Assembly (NCBI GenBank): GCA_900540945.1
Contig: UQHQ01000005.1
Coordinates: 29,749-93,748 of the forward strand
DNA length: 64,000 nt
Direction of reading: 5' to 3'
Source: an uncultured Collinsella sp.
Lineage (GTDB): Bacteria; Actinomycetota; Coriobacteriia; Coriobacteriales; Coriobacteriaceae
This document shows, in pieces, positions 37,286 to 47,416 of the stretch. Numbering within the stretch: the first letter of the stretch is position 1; every line of letters begins with the position of its first letter. The notes under the pieces were generated by a model that was not told where the DNA came from, ran no database searches, and saw nothing but the letters and a program-made list of their open reading frames with translations. Made by a program: the position numbers and the translations under genes.

Positions 37286-38887
37286 TTAGCCCAGACGCGG
37301 GAACAGCGGCTCGCCCTTCTCGACGGGCTGACCACCGGCAAGCAGGCCCCAAGCGCAAATGCCCTTGAGGTCGTCGCTCGCGGCCTCGTCCTCGCACGAC
37401 AGGCGGCGCAGGGCCTCGGCAGAAGTCTGGGGCATGAGCGGCATCAGCAGGTGAGCGGCAATGCGGATAGCCTCGAGCAGGTTGTAGATCACAAATGCCA
37501 GCTCGTCAGCCTTGGTCTCGTCCTTGGCAAGCGCCCAGGGCTCGGAGTCCTCGATGTAGTGGTTGGCGGCATGGATGAGCTCCATGACCTCGTCCTTAGC
37601 TCCACCGTAATCGAGCACGTCCATCTTGGCCATGTAGCGCTCGACCAGGCCATCGGCGATCTTTGCCAGCGGGTTTTCGAACGCATCGAACGACGCGGGC
37701 TTGGCGGGCGCGCAACCGTCAAAGTACTTGCCGCTCATGTTGAGCGAACGCGAGATAAGGTTGCCCCAGCTGTTGGCCAGGTCGGCGTTGTAGACCTGCT
37801 CCATGCGATCGAAGCTGATGGCACCGTCGGTGCCGGGGACGACGTCGGTCATGAAGTAATAGCGATAGCCCTCGACGTCCAGCATGTCGATAACGTCCTG
37901 CGGAGCGATGGCGTTGCCGCGGCTCTTGGACATCTTCTCGGCCTTGCCGGTCTCGGCATTGCGCACGGTCAGGAAGCCGTGGGCAAAGACGTGCTCGGGC
38001 AGGGCCTCACCGATGGCCATGAGCATGGCGGGCCAAATGACGCAGTGGAAGCGGATGATGTCCTTACCCACGATGTGGAACTGCGCGGGCCAACGATAGG
38101 CCAGCTCGGCACGCGCCTCGTCGGTGTCGACGCCGTAGCCGACGGCCGTCATATAGTTGAGCAGCGCATCGAACCACACGTAGGTCACGTGGCCCTCGTC
38201 AAACGGGACCTGAATGCCCCAGTCAAAGCTCGTGCGGCTCACGGAAAGGTCGTTAAGGCCGCCCTCGACAAAGCTGCGCACCTCGTTCATGCGGAACGCA
38301 GGCTCGACAAAGTCGGGGTGCTCGTCGTAAAGCTTGAGCAGCTTGTCCTGGAAGGCGGAAAGCTTAAAGAAGTAGGACTCCTCCTGCACGCGCTCAAGCG
38401 GACGGTGGCAGTCGGGGCACAGGTGCTGGCCGACGCTGCCGTACTCCTCGTCGCCCTTCTGGACCTGCGTATCGGTGAAGTAGGTCTCGTCAGGCACGCA
38501 ATACCAGCCGTCGTAGCTGCCCTTATACAGGTAACCGGACTCCTTCATGCGCTCCCACAGGTACTGCACGGCATGATGCTGGCGCGGCTCGGTGGTGCGA
38601 ATGAAGTCATCGTTGGAAATCTCGAGCTTGCTCCAAAGCTCCTTGAAGTGCGGAGCCTGGCTGTCGGTCCACTCCTGCGGCGTCATGCCATGCTTGGCTG
38701 CGGCCTCGGCGACCTTCTCGCCGTGCTCGTCCATGCCGGTCAGGAACTTAACGTTGTAGCCAGCGGAGCGGCGATAGCGAGCCTGAACGTCGGCGATGAT
38801 GGTGGAATAAGCCGTGCCCAGGTGCGGATCGGCGTTGACGTAGTAGATGGGCGTCGTGATAAAGAACGAAGGCTTGCTTTGATCCAT
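37286..38887 (-). CDS. metG: Methionine--tRNA ligase (short, single-domain form)
   Basis: HLGTAYS (HIGH), KMSKSRGN, zinc knuckle CPDC. Confidence 0.95.
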   Translation of the reverse strand: MDQSKPSFFITTPIYYVNADPHLGTAYSTIIADVQARYRRSAGYNVKFLTGMDEHGEKVAEAAAKHGMTPQEWTDSQAPHFKELWSKLEISNDDFIRTTEPRQHHAVQYLWERMKESGYLYKGSYDGWYCVPDETYFTDTQVQKGDEEYGSVGQHLCPDCHRPLERVQEESYFFKLSAFQDKLLKLYDEHPDFVEPAFRMNEVRSFVEGGLNDLSVSRTSFDWGIQVPFDEGHVTYVWFDALLNYMTAVGYGVDTDEARAELAYRWPAQFHIVGKDIIRFHCVIWPAMLMAIGEALPEHVFAHGFLTVRNAETGKAEKMSKSRGNAIAPQDVIDMLDVEGYRYYFMTDVVPGTDGAISFDRMEQVYNADLANSWGNLISRSLNMSGKYFDGCAPAKPASFDAFENPLAKIADGLVERYMAKMDVLDYGGAKDEVMELIHAANHYIEDSEPWALAKDETKADELAFVIYNLLEAIRIAAHLLMPLMPQTSAEALRRLSCEDEAASDDLKGICAWGLLAGGQPVEKGEPLFPRLG

Positions 38888-38956
38888 GGGGTTTGTCCTC
38901 CAGAAAAACGTTGCATACAGGGGATGATTCTAGCGCAAGGGCTGGATATCCTCCAT

Positions 38957-39835
38957 CTATTGCATATCGAGCACCATGGCATAGACATCGCGCTTGCGGC
39001 GCGAATACTTCTGAGACAGGCGCTTGGCCACCGCAGAGGCGGGCTCCCCCTCCTCGAGCGCGGCGCGGATATCCTCGCGCAGGGCCTCGTCGGGATCCGC
39101 TGCCGCGGCGCCAACCGGTACGATGCCAGCCTCCTCGTCCTCGCTCGGCGGCGCGATGACCAGCGCAATCTCGCCCTTTACCTCGCCGCGAGCACGCAGC
39201 TCCTCGGCGAGCTGGGCAGCGGGCCCGCGCAAGACCTCCTCGTGCAGCTTGGTGAGTTCGCGGCAGACGGCAACCTCACGCTGGGGAAAGACCTCCGCCA
39301 CGGCCTCGAGCGTCGCCACGATGCGATGTGGAGACTCGTAGAAGATGAGCGCGCCGGGTACTACGGCAAGGCGCTGCAAACGGCGCACGCGGTCGCCGTG
39401 CTTTCGGTCCAAAAAGCCCTCGAAGAAAAAATGCTCGCAGGGAATGCCGGACGAAACGAGCGCCGTGACGCAAGCAGAGGGCCCGGGAATAACTTCTACG
39501 GGCACATCGGCCTCACGCGCTGCCTCGACCAGCACCTGGCCGGGGTCGGACACACTCGGCATGCCGGCGTCCGAGGCAAAGGCGAGGGTCTCCCCCGCCA
39601 GCAGGCGGTCGACCAGGCCGGCGGCGCGACTGGCGATCACATTCTCGTCGCAACGGACAAGCGGCTTGGAAATGCCCAGGTGCATCAGCAGCTTTGACGT
39701 CACACGCGTGTCTTCGCAGCAAATGGCATCGGCGGCGGCAAAGGCCTCGCCAACGCGCGGGGACAGGTCGCCCAGGTTGCCGATGGGCGTGCCGACCACA
39801 TAGAGTTTGCCCGTATGGGCGCTGTTTTGCGTCAT
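38957..39835 (-). CDS. rsmI: 16S rRNA (cytidine1402-2'-O)-methyltransferase RsmI
   Basis: LYVVGTPIGNLGDLSPR, tetrapyrrole-methylase fold motifs. Confidence 0.9.
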   Translation of the reverse strand: MTQNSAHTGKLYVVGTPIGNLGDLSPRVGEAFAAADAICCEDTRVTSKLLMHLGISKPLVRCDENVIASRAAGLVDRLLAGETLAFASDAGMPSVSDPGQVLVEAAREADVPVEVIPGPSACVTALVSSGIPCEHFFFEGFLDRKHGDRVRRLQRLAVVPGALIFYESPHRIVATLEAVAEVFPQREVAVCRELTKLHEEVLRGPAAQLAEELRARGEVKGEIALVIAPPSEDEEAGIVPVGAAAADPDEALREDIRAALEEGEPASAVAKRLSQKYSRRKRDVYAMVLDMQ

Positions 39836-39841
39836 ATCAAC

Positions 39842-40904
39842 CTATTCAATCATGCCGCGCTCGAGCGTACCGAGTGCCGCGCGGGCGTCCCATGCTGCAA
39901 TGCGCTTCTCGGTCTTCCACGTTTGGAAGAACCAACCGGCAGCCGGCGCAAACGAAGCCAGCTGGTTGGCGATAAACACGCGCTCGTAGGCATTGCGGCC
40001 CTCGGGCGTAACCGACGAGTTGGCAAAGATCGCCGCGCCCGACCATTCGCCCACCAGCACGGGGAACCCTGTCGAGATCGCTTCTTTAAGCTCGCGCTTG
40101 TTACGCGAAATCGCCGTCGTCAGCCCGCGGGGGCTCGTGATGTCGAGCGCATACTCGTCGCGGTAATGGTACAGGTGAAGGTCCATGTAGACGTTCTTGT
40201 ACTTGGCACCGCGCATAAAATGCTTCCACTCGCTGGGATGCCCCGAAGACGAGAAGACGACGATCTTATCCTCGGGCATATACGAACGGACGAGCTCGTA
40301 GGCATCGCGATAGAAATTGCGCAAGTAGTGGGCCGGAATTCCATCCGTCATGGTAAAGAGGCTCTTGCGGACGCTCATCTGCGGCGTGTCCAGCAGCTCA
40401 ATGCCCAGCAGGCTCTCGGCCTCGCCGTAGCGATCGGCCAAGCGCTCGAGCACGTCGAGTGCGACATGACGGCCGTTGGTGGACGAATGCCACTCGGCAG
40501 CAGCCTCCGGCGTGGTGGGCGAATCGTTGGAATCGCCCTGGCCACCGGGCACCGTCGCCAGATCGAGCAGCACGCGGATGTCGTACTTGGCAGCCCACTC
40601 AATTGCACGGTCGATGTAGTCGACAACCGAGATGTAGGACGCATCGGACTCCTGCGAACCAAAGGCATACCAGGGCACCGGCAGACGCACGGCATTGAGA
40701 CCAATCTGCGCCATGCGGCGAAAATCGTCCTCACTCACAAACGTCTCGTAATGACGGCGCATGCGCTCGTTATAGGCGGCGGTGCCCATGGCCTCCTGCA
40801 GCTCGGCCGCGTTGGATGCACCGGTCGCCGCGTATAGAGACGGGGTCACCCAAGGCTCGGGAATAAACCAGCCAGAGAGATTAACGCCGAGTATCCTCTC
40901 CATC
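39842..40904 (-). CDS. Glycoside hydrolase family 5 (exo-beta-1,3-glucanase-like). The track ORF starts at 41020; the likely start is the Met of MERILGVNLSGWF at about 40904.
   Basis: GVNLGGWF-like N-terminus, catalytic NEP-like and GEWS (nucleophile Glu) regions. Confidence 0.8.
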
Positions 40905-41197
40905 ACTGCCCCCTTCGGATCGTGCAGGCCAAACCTGCATCGTATTGCATAGGAAAAGTATCGTTTTGAGTATACCCGCGCGTGCGGACAGACGACCGAA
41001 CGGTCTGTAAAGTGGCGCAAAAGCGGGAGGAATGTCTGGGGCGAGCGGGGTCAAGATGACGTACCGAGATGCGCATACACGCCGAGGGCAGGCGCCGGAA
41101 AGCGCATTCCATTCTTTCGCTCAATAATGGGATGCGCTTTCCGCGGGTCCACATAAAAGAAAAGGACCCCTTTGCAGAGGTCCTAGTCAATTCAAGG

Positions 41198-41335
41198 TGG
41201 CGGGGAAGGGAATCGCGTCCGCGCGCTGCGCGGACGGACCGCTGCGGCGCCTGCGCGCCTTGCGAGCTACGCTGGAAAACGCTTGCGCGTTTCCTCAGCT
41301 CCGCGCCCTCACGGGGTTCGATTCCGTGCATGGTC
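41198..41335. repeat. Chimeric pseudo-tRNA unit (Phe locus): 18-nt tRNA-Phe 3' fragment (41198-41215) fused to an about 120-nt GC-rich structured element ending in the T-arm mimic cacggggttcgattccgtg
   Basis: Same architecture as the Arg units. The central hairpin ggaaaacgc-ttgc-gcgtttcc is homologous to the Arg/Leu hairpin with a different loop. The T-loop TTCGATT matches tRNA-Phe. Confidence 0.65.
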
Positions 41336-41383
41336 CACATAAAAGAAAAGGACCCCTTTGCAGAGGTCCTAGTCAATTCAAGG
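41336..41383 (-). terminator. Terminator hairpin + T-run after tRNA-Phe (a second copy after the pseudo-unit lies at 41150-41197)
   Basis: ggacctctgcaaaggggtcc + ttttcttttatgtgg on minus. Confidence 0.6.
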
Positions 41384-41456
<73 letters not shown>

Positions 41457-41591
41457 ATTTGAGGTGTGCCTTGTTTCAAGGCTTGATTAGTATAACCAAG
41501 GACGCGCTCCGGTCAACCGAGAATTTGAAAAAAGTTTTTGAGCACGGCGCCAGCCACAAGGCCGACCCTATAGAACAGCACGTTAGAGACA

Positions 41592-41879
41592 TCAACCCAC
41601 CGCAAGAAGTTTTTCGCTCAAGGCTGCACGGGCAAACTCACTTGGCGTCATTCCTTCAGCCGCCGCCCGACGACGAATCGCCTCCTTCATCCCTAGGGGA
41701 ATCTTGACCGATAGCGTTGCCGTCCCTTCGCTTGAGAGCGGAGGCCGCCCGTGCACGATCCCCCCAACGGTATGCTCGCCGTCCGGAAACCCGCCATGCT
41801 CGTACGACTCGCACCACGCGTCAATCATTTCATCCGTTACAACCTGACCATTGGCAGCCGTATACGCCTTGCTCATCAT
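41592..41879 (-). CDS. brnA: BrnA-like antitoxin (ribbon-helix-helix at C-terminus). The track ORF extends to 42062; the likely start is the ATG at 41879, overlapping the brnT stop as ATGA.
   Basis: C-terminal RHH-like LSVKIPLGMKEAIRRRAAAEGMTPSEFARAALSEKLL. 4-nt overlap with the upstream toxin ORF. Confidence 0.7.
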   Translation of the reverse strand: MMSKAYTAANGQVVTDEMIDAWCESYEHGGFPDGEHTVGGIVHGRPPLSSEGTATLSVKIPLGMKEAIRRRAAAEGMTPSEFARAALSEKLLAVG

Positions 41880-42139
41880 CGACCCCTCTGCCGAGCTTGC
41901 TCGATCTCTTGCCAAAATTTCTTCTGAACCGGAGACAGGGCATGAATAATGAGCCATCCACGAATTAGTTCGACTGCAACAAGTTCCATACTTCGACCAT
42001 CTGGAAGCCATCCAATGGCAAGCCATCTCGGCGGCTCGTCCTCCGACTCGCGGCGAATGCACTCAGTAACCGCGAACCAGGCACTAAGCACTTTCTTTTC
42101 CGTCAAGTGTTTTTTTGGCGTTGGGATGGATCTCAACAT
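41876..42139 (-). CDS. brnT: BrnT-like toxin (DUF497)
   Basis: 87 aa. Its size and its position immediately upstream of the RHH antitoxin, overlapping it, are typical of BrnTA modules. Confidence 0.6.
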   Translation of the reverse strand: MLRSIPTPKKHLTEKKVLSAWFAVTECIRRESEDEPPRWLAIGWLPDGRSMELVAVELIRGWLIIHALSPVQKKFWQEIEQARQRGR

Positions 42140-42201
42140 CCATGCATCTTCTCCTCCATCTTACCCAATTTCGTATGACGAAAGTCCGCTGTCGCCAATT
42201 C

Positions 42202-42666
42202 TTACGCCGGCACTTGTTGAAAGGCGGGAGGTGTAGCGAGGATTGAAGGGCGTTCCAGCACCGCCCAGGCACCGGGACAGGAACACATGCGCCAAGGACG
42301 GACGTTTTCGTAGCATGCGAGGATGCTGCCGTTGCGGTCGATAAAAGCAATGTCGATGGGGTAGGCCATAAAGCAGGTGTGGACCGAAGAGCAGCGTGGG
42401 AACGCCATGACGAGCGGCAACCCGTTGGCGGCAATCGGAGACCGTCCCAGCATGCCGCGCAGGCGCACGGCAAACGACTCCGCCACCACAAACTCGGCAG
42501 GCGCCCAACCCAGCCTGTTGAGCGCCCGCGCGTAGGCAATGTAGGATGAGGCCGCGGTCACATAACCACCCCCGGACGCCACGGATCGACCGTCACTGCG
42601 CGCTCGTGCGACAACTTTGCCGGTGCCCCCAGCGAAACGCCGGCGATGCTGAGCGAGCTCGGCCAC
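42202..42666 (-). CDS. DUF192 domain protein at the distal end of the Tad locus. The start is uncertain: the ORF as drawn overlaps the upstream tadE-like gene by 109 nt.
   Basis: RLRGMLGR...LVMAFP...IDIAFIDRNGSIL, DUF192 signature. Confidence 0.6.
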   Translation of the reverse strand: MAELAQHRRRFAGGTGKVVARARSDGRSVASGGGYVTAASSYIAYARALNRLGWAPAEFVVAESFAVRLRGMLGRSPIAANGLPLVMAFPRCSSVHTCFMAYPIDIAFIDRNGSILACYENVRPWRMCSCPGAWAVLERPSILATPPAFQQVPA

Positions 42667-43032
42667 GGCTCGTAGCGCATGGTACAGGTATAGGTCCTAA
42701 ACGTGCCGGAGAGCGAAAGCAGACCGCCATCCGATGTCGTCGCACCCTGCTCGCTCGAGACCTCAATCTGCAAGTCATAGCCTTCCATGGCATGTTGGAT
42801 CTGAGCCTGAACGGTCGCGGAGGCATCGATGGAGCTGTCATCGCCCTCCCCGCTCGGCGCCACGGCATGCGCTAGCACGATATCGGGCACCACGCGATCG
42901 AAGCGCGCGACCGCGTCGGCAAAGACCATGACGTTGTACACGATAAGCGCCAGAACCAGCAGGACGGGCGTGACCACGGCCATCTCGACCGTCGCCTGGG
43001 CGCGCTCCTCGCACAGGCGCGTGCGGATGCCC
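42558..43032 (-). CDS. TadE-like pseudopilin (Flp pilus minor pilin)
   Basis: MGIRTRLCEERAQATVEMAVVTPVLLVLALIVYN N-terminus (TadE signature E-x-GQ/AQATVE + hydrophobic helix). Confidence 0.75.
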
Positions 43033-43033
43033 A

Positions 43034-45094
43034 TTACGACCCACCGCCCAGGGCACCCGCCAGTGTGGCGACATCGACGGTAAGTGGGATGGAACCGCCG
43101 CCGGGCAGCGGAATCTCCGCAAGCGTGAACACCGTGCCGCTGATGGTGCGCTCGACTTGATATTCCAGCGCCTCGCAAAGCGCCTTGGGGTCGGTCACGC
43201 CCAGCGGAATACTTCGTAGCTTGTCCTGCACTTTAGAAAGACCTGTGATGTCAGACCCCGGGCTCTTGATGACATTGGCGGTGTCGGTCAGTACCGGCTT
43301 TCGTAGGCGCAAGTCGCACGGCTCCAAGCCCAGCGCCGCCACGGACGCCGAAACGGTATCGCCGAGCCACGACGCAATGGAGCCCAACGCACCGCTGCCC
43401 CCTCCCAGGCCATCGATCATCTCGCCCATGAGCTCGTCAGCCGAGCCTTGGATGTCTCCGTATCCCACAAGCAGCCGTCCCCAAACATCCATGACGCCAT
43501 CGAGTACACCGGCAACACCGCCCGAACGCTCCTCCAACGTCGAGAAAAACCGCGAGAGAACGTTGTTCTGCGCCGTCGCGTCATCGGGTGCCAGTACCGC
43601 AGCAGAGATAGCACCGCGCTCGCCAAGCCTGACCGCCGCGTTAAACGAAGAGCTGAGCTCATCGGGGCTCGAGATGGCACCCGAAACCGCAAAGGCGACC
43701 ACGCCATTGCGACCGGGCGGAGCGATACGCGGACGCTCGCCCGAAAGCGCTTTAATGGCCTCGTCAAACGCATTGCCCGCACGGTCAGCCTCGTCCTCGG
43801 TCTGGCACATGAGCTCGAGCTCTTTGTTGCGGCATTCGACGTAGTCTTCCAGAGCGCCTTTGAACTCATCAAAGTGGTACTCGAAGCCGTTTTCGATAGA
43901 AGTCGAAGGAGCCGCAACGGCGCCGAGCGACGAAACACCAAAATGGCATCTGTTGCATTTGTCCTGCCCGTCATAAGCAGCGACCGAGGCTAGCCCGCCT
44001 GGCGTCCCTTTCTTATAGTTGGGGCAGCTCGTTCCATAATGCAGATACGTTTTGCCATCGTTGGTACTAGTTGGCCACGCCGCATCGGTATAGAGTTCCG
44101 TCGCTCGCACCTCGTCAGTGTTGCGCGGCAACAACGGAATATAGGAAGTGGTCCGGTCTCCGTCTTCGGTTATATATGCGCGATTGACCTCTGCGCTCGC
44201 ATAGGTATAGAACGCCTTGCGCGCCGCCGACTCCGCCTTCGTCTCGACGCTTGAGCCTTGAGGCGCCTCGTTTGCAAGGCGCAAGCGGTAATAGGCCTTC
44301 GCGCGATCGAGCGCCACTTGCGGCTCCCATGTGACGCTCGAGGCATAGTGCGGATTCTCAATATCCGAAAGCTTCGCCAAACTCCTCGCGCGTTCCCACA
44401 TGCATGAGCAACTGCCGACCGAAGCCGGATCCGACCCGCCGCAATCCGCAAGCCAGGCGCGCTCTTTTGCTTTCGCCGTCTCCTCCGAGGCCTTCTGCAG
44501 CTCATCTGCTGCGCGTTCCAGATCTTTCGATGTGTCTTTAATGACATCGGTCGAGATCTCGGACCCCTCGAGCGCAACGAAATCCGACTCGGACGTCCTG
44601 GGCACGGCAAGCGCCGTACCGGTATAGGTCGCACCCTCGGTATCCTGCGCCGACACGGCCTGCGTAGCTCGCGCGGCAACCAGATACGGTAGAGCCGTCT
44701 CGATTTTCTGCAGGCCCTTGGAGGCGCTTTTGGCAAACTTATTGCGCGTTTTAATGATCTCGATCCCCGTGTCGACCATATCGCCCGCGGCAAGCTCGGC
44801 ACCCGGAATAAGGATGGCGACCAAGCCGGTGCCGATCGTGGCAAACCCCGCTAGGCCCAAGCTCAATATGCTCGCATCCACCACTGTCGCAGCCGTATGG
44901 TAGGACGCCACCACATTGGCGCCTGCCAGCGCGCCGCTATCGGCAGCCGCCTGGGTGTCCCCCGCGCGCGACATGCTCCATATCGCCGCCGCCGACGAAA
45001 ACAGCAACGTGAGCACCACCAAGATGACCACCGCAGAGGAGAGCGTGGTATAGGCACCGTCTTCGATAAACAGGTCGATCCCGGCTCGACCCAT
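43034..45094 (-). CDS. TadG-like large Flp-pilus assembly membrane protein. The track ORF runs to 45301; the likely start is MGRAGIDLF... at about 45094.
   Basis: N-terminal TadE/G-like TM helix followed by a large (about 650 aa) extracytoplasmic domain with Cys-rich segments. Sits within the tad operon. Confidence 0.7.
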   Translation of the reverse strand: MGRAGIDLFIEDGAYTTLSSAVVILVVLTLLFSSAAAIWSMSRAGDTQAAADSGALAGANVVASYHTAATVVDASILSLGLAGFATIGTGLVAILIPGAELAAGDMVDTGIEIIKTRNKFAKSASKGLQKIETALPYLVAARATQAVSAQDTEGATYTGTALAVPRTSESDFVALEGSEISTDVIKDTSKDLERAADELQKASEETAKAKERAWLADCGGSDPASVGSCSCMWERARSLAKLSDIENPHYASSVTWEPQVALDRAKAYYRLRLANEAPQGSSVETKAESAARKAFYTYASAEVNRAYITEDGDRTTSYIPLLPRNTDEVRATELYTDAAWPTSTNDGKTYLHYGTSCPNYKKGTPGGLASVAAYDGQDKCNRCHFGVSSLGAVAAPSTSIENGFEYHFDEFKGALEDYVECRNKELELMCQTEDEADRAGNAFDEAIKALSGERPRIAPPGRNGVVAFAVSGAISSPDELSSSFNAAVRLGERGAISAAVLAPDDATAQNNVLSRFFSTLEERSGGVAGVLDGVMDVWGRLLVGYGDIQGSADELMGEMIDGLGGGSGALGSIASWLGDTVSASVAALGLEPCDLRLRKPVLTDTANVIKSPGSDITGLSKVQDKLRSIPLGVTDPKALCEALEYQVERTISGTVFTLAEIPLPGGGSIPLTVDVATLAGALGGGS

Positions 45095-45170
45095 AAAGCC
45101 GCCTCGCTTGCAGCGAGCACGCGGTCGGCAACGGCCCGCAAGCCCCCTCGTCACCTTCAACAGGCAGCGC

Positions 45171-45640
45171 TTAATCCCATGCAGCAATCCATGAATCATA
45201 ATCTCCCTCCAGCCACTCGGGACGCGATCGATACGAGACGTCGACCTTAAGCTCGACATAGCCGTTTTGGCCTGCGCTACCCATAGCCTGCGCAAACGCA
45301 CCGATCACGGGCAGCGGTTTAACCTCGCCGGTAACGGAAACGGACGAGACGCCGCCCGCATCGGCCCGACCAAGCTCGATATCCCACGACAGGGGCCCGC
45401 CGGCATGGAAAATCGAAACGTCGGGAACCGCGGCAAGACGGCGGCGGGCAAACTCCTTAATATCCTCGTCATCCCCCACCGTCGTCGTGGTCATGAGCCG
45501 CGCGGTCTCGGCGGCGGCAGACTCCATGACCGCGCGTGTATAGAGCAGGCACACCGGCTGCAGCGCCAACAGGACGAGCGTCAGAAACGTCGGCAGTAGG
45601 AATGCCGCCTCGACCGTAGACTGCGCCCGGTCCTCGCGCG
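45171..45640 (-). CDS. TadE-like pseudopilin. No canonical start codon is found upstream of the conserved N-terminal helix (the frame is open back to 45926).
   Basis: REDRAQSTVEAAFLLPTFLTLVLLALQPVCLLY TadE signature. The upstream in-frame region lacks ATG/GTG/TTG near the motif. Confidence 0.6.
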
Positions 45641-45645
45641 TGACA

Positions 45646-45864
45646 TCAATAGAGCACGATGTCCTTAGCACCCGCAGCAGCGTCGACAACCGATGTCGAG
45701 GTGACGCCGTGAGACGCCGTCCTCTCGACCAGCGCCGCCAAGCGCCCATCGGCACCGGCACGCCAAAGCCCTGCGATCGCCAGCACGATGGAAAGCAGTG
45801 CCACCGTGACGATGGCGTATTCGACCGTTGCCTGGGCAGATTCCTCACGCAGGACATCATGCAT
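45646..45864 (-). CDS. Flp-family pilin-like protein (second copy, 72 aa)
   Basis: MHDVLREESAQATVEYAIVTVALLSIVLAIAG, Flp/TadE-type prepilin motif (E-x-x-A/GQ-x-TVEY + hydrophobic helix). Confidence 0.65.
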   Translation of the reverse strand: MHDVLREESAQATVEYAIVTVALLSIVLAIAGLWRAGADGRLAALVERTASHGVTSTSVVDAAAGAKDIVLY

Positions 45865-45865
45865 T

Positions 45866-46429
45866 TCACGACCCCTCCTTTGAGTTCATTGTCTGCGGGG
45901 TCAGGCGGACCACGCGCAGACGACACGAAGTATCACCAGCATCCGCGGCAACCGTCACCATATCGACCCAGCCGCGTCCGTCACGCACGATGGCGCCCCA
46001 CACGTTGCCCTTGATGTCAAGATAGCCGCTCAGAGCAAGTTGTGCCGTGGGCACCTCGCGATAGGCACGCAGCATATCCGCCGCCGCCTCGGTCATCGGT
46101 CGGCACTCGGACCATGCGAGACGAACAGCGACGGCATTGTTTGCAGATGAACCCGTTGCAGCGTCCGCTCGCTCGTCGAGTGCTTGCAAGAACGTTTGCG
46201 CCGTGACGGCGGCATTCGCATCGGCCGCGTCTCGCGCATCGTCTATTTGAGACGCCGCAGCCGAACCCGATCCCGCATCCGCGGCAGCCCCTAAACGTTG
46301 TTGCCGTGCTGCGTTAAGCCCCCAAACCGCCACTGCCACCGCCACGACCGCACAGGCGAGCACCAGCAACGCGCCGACGGGACGGGCGCCCTCTACAGGC
46401 TGTTGATGCCCTCGCTGATAGCGCTCCAT
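45866..46429 (-). CDS. Hypothetical single-TM protein inside the tad operon
   Basis: 187 aa, N-terminal TM helix VGALLVLACAVVAVAVAVW, Ala-rich extracytoplasmic part. Overlaps the flp stop by 37 nt, so the real start is probably internal. Confidence 0.5.
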   Translation of the reverse strand: MERYQRGHQQPVEGARPVGALLVLACAVVAVAVAVWGLNAARQQRLGAAADAGSGSAAASQIDDARDAADANAAVTAQTFLQALDERADAATGSSANNAVAVRLAWSECRPMTEAAADMLRAYREVPTAQLALSGYLDIKGNVWGAIVRDGRGWVDMVTVAADAGDTSCRLRVVRLTPQTMNSKEGS

Positions 46430-46626
46430 AGATCTTGGACCTTGCCCTTAAATGCGACGATGGCAATGATGGCGATCACCACGAGCACACCGACCAGGAT
46501 GGCGTACTCGGTGGTGCCCTGCGCGCTCTCCTCCCGCAGCAGTTCCTCGGCACGCTGGCGAGCGTGAATTGACTGGCAAAACGCCCAGCTCCAGACCTTG
46601 CCAGCAACGTCAGTCATCGTATTCAT
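46393..46626 (-). CDS. flp: Flp family type IVb pilin
   Basis: ...AEELLREESAQGTTEYAILVGVLVVIAIIAIVAF..., canonical Flp prepilin (G/EY processing motif). Confidence 0.85.
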   Translation of the reverse strand: MNTMTDVAGKVWSWAFCQSIHARQRAEELLREESAQGTTEYAILVGVLVVIAIIAIVAFKGKVQDLWSAISEGINSL

Positions 46627-46636
46627 GTATTCCTCC

Positions 46637-47416
46637 CTACATCATCCCGCCTGCTCCCAGCAGCGGGCCCAATATGGACAGAAGCAACGCCGGCAAGATG
46701 AGCGTGCCGGTGGGAATCAGCAGCTTGACCGGCGCGCGCTCAATCTCGCGCTCGACTGCAGCGCGATGGGCCGCGCGAATCTCGCGACTTTGAGCCGCCA
46801 GCGTCTCGGCAAGCGGGGCACCGAGGGCAAGCGCCTGCCCCGCTGTGATGGCAAAGGTCTCGAGCGCCCGCACATCCAGGTCGCGCGCGGCCGCCAGAAG
46901 CTCGTCCTCGCGCGTCCCTACGCCCACCTGCCACGCCATGCAGGCTCGCTCAAGGCGGATCGCCAACGTCGATCGGCGATTGGCGCAAAAAACCTCAAGC
47001 GCCGCATCGAACGAAAGGCCGGCCGAAAGCCCCAGACGCACCACGTCGATCATCTCGGACACCTCGCCAAGCGACACCTGCGCCGTACCACCCGTGCCGA
47101 GCATGCCCTTCAACCGTGTTACCAGGACATCGGTCACCGAGCGGGCAGCCGCGACAACCAGCAGCGCCTCGCATTTGCAGACCTGGGCGATCTTGCATGC
47201 GTCTGCACGCTCCAAACCCGTCACGATAAACACACTGAGCGCGCACAGGCACGCCGCGGCCCCGACCAAGACGCTCATAGCTCCACCCGCATAATGCGCC
47301 GGATAACCACCAGCGCGACGGCGTTGAGGGCAAGGCCCAACACCACGGTACCGGCACCTGCCGGCGTTGCAAGGCCGCGGCGAAAGTCGGCCGAAAGCAG
47401 CGCCAGCACCGCGCAC
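46637..47416 (-). CDS. tadC: Flp pilus assembly inner-membrane protein TadC (T2SS F domain)
   Basis: T2SSF domain, C-terminal LLIPTGTLILPALLLSILGPLLGAG. Confidence 0.85.
   Translation of the reverse strand: MRGAGAAFGRLSPRPCNAGRCRYRGVGPCPQRRRAGGYPAHYAGGAMSVLVGAAACLCALSVFIVTGLERADACKIAQVCKCEALLVVAAARSVTDVLVTRLKGMLGTGGTAQVSLGEVSEMIDVVRLGLSAGLSFDAALEVFCANRRSTLAIRLERACMAWQVGVGTREDELLAAARDLDVRALETFAITAGQALALGAPLAETLAAQSREIRAAHRAAVEREIERAPVKLLIPTGTLILPALLLSILGPLLGAGGMM

Noticed and set aside
42084-42539. 151-aa ORF overlapping the DUF192 gene in another frame
   Set aside because: The DUF192 frame carries the family signature. This one is Arg/Trp-rich and antisense-like.
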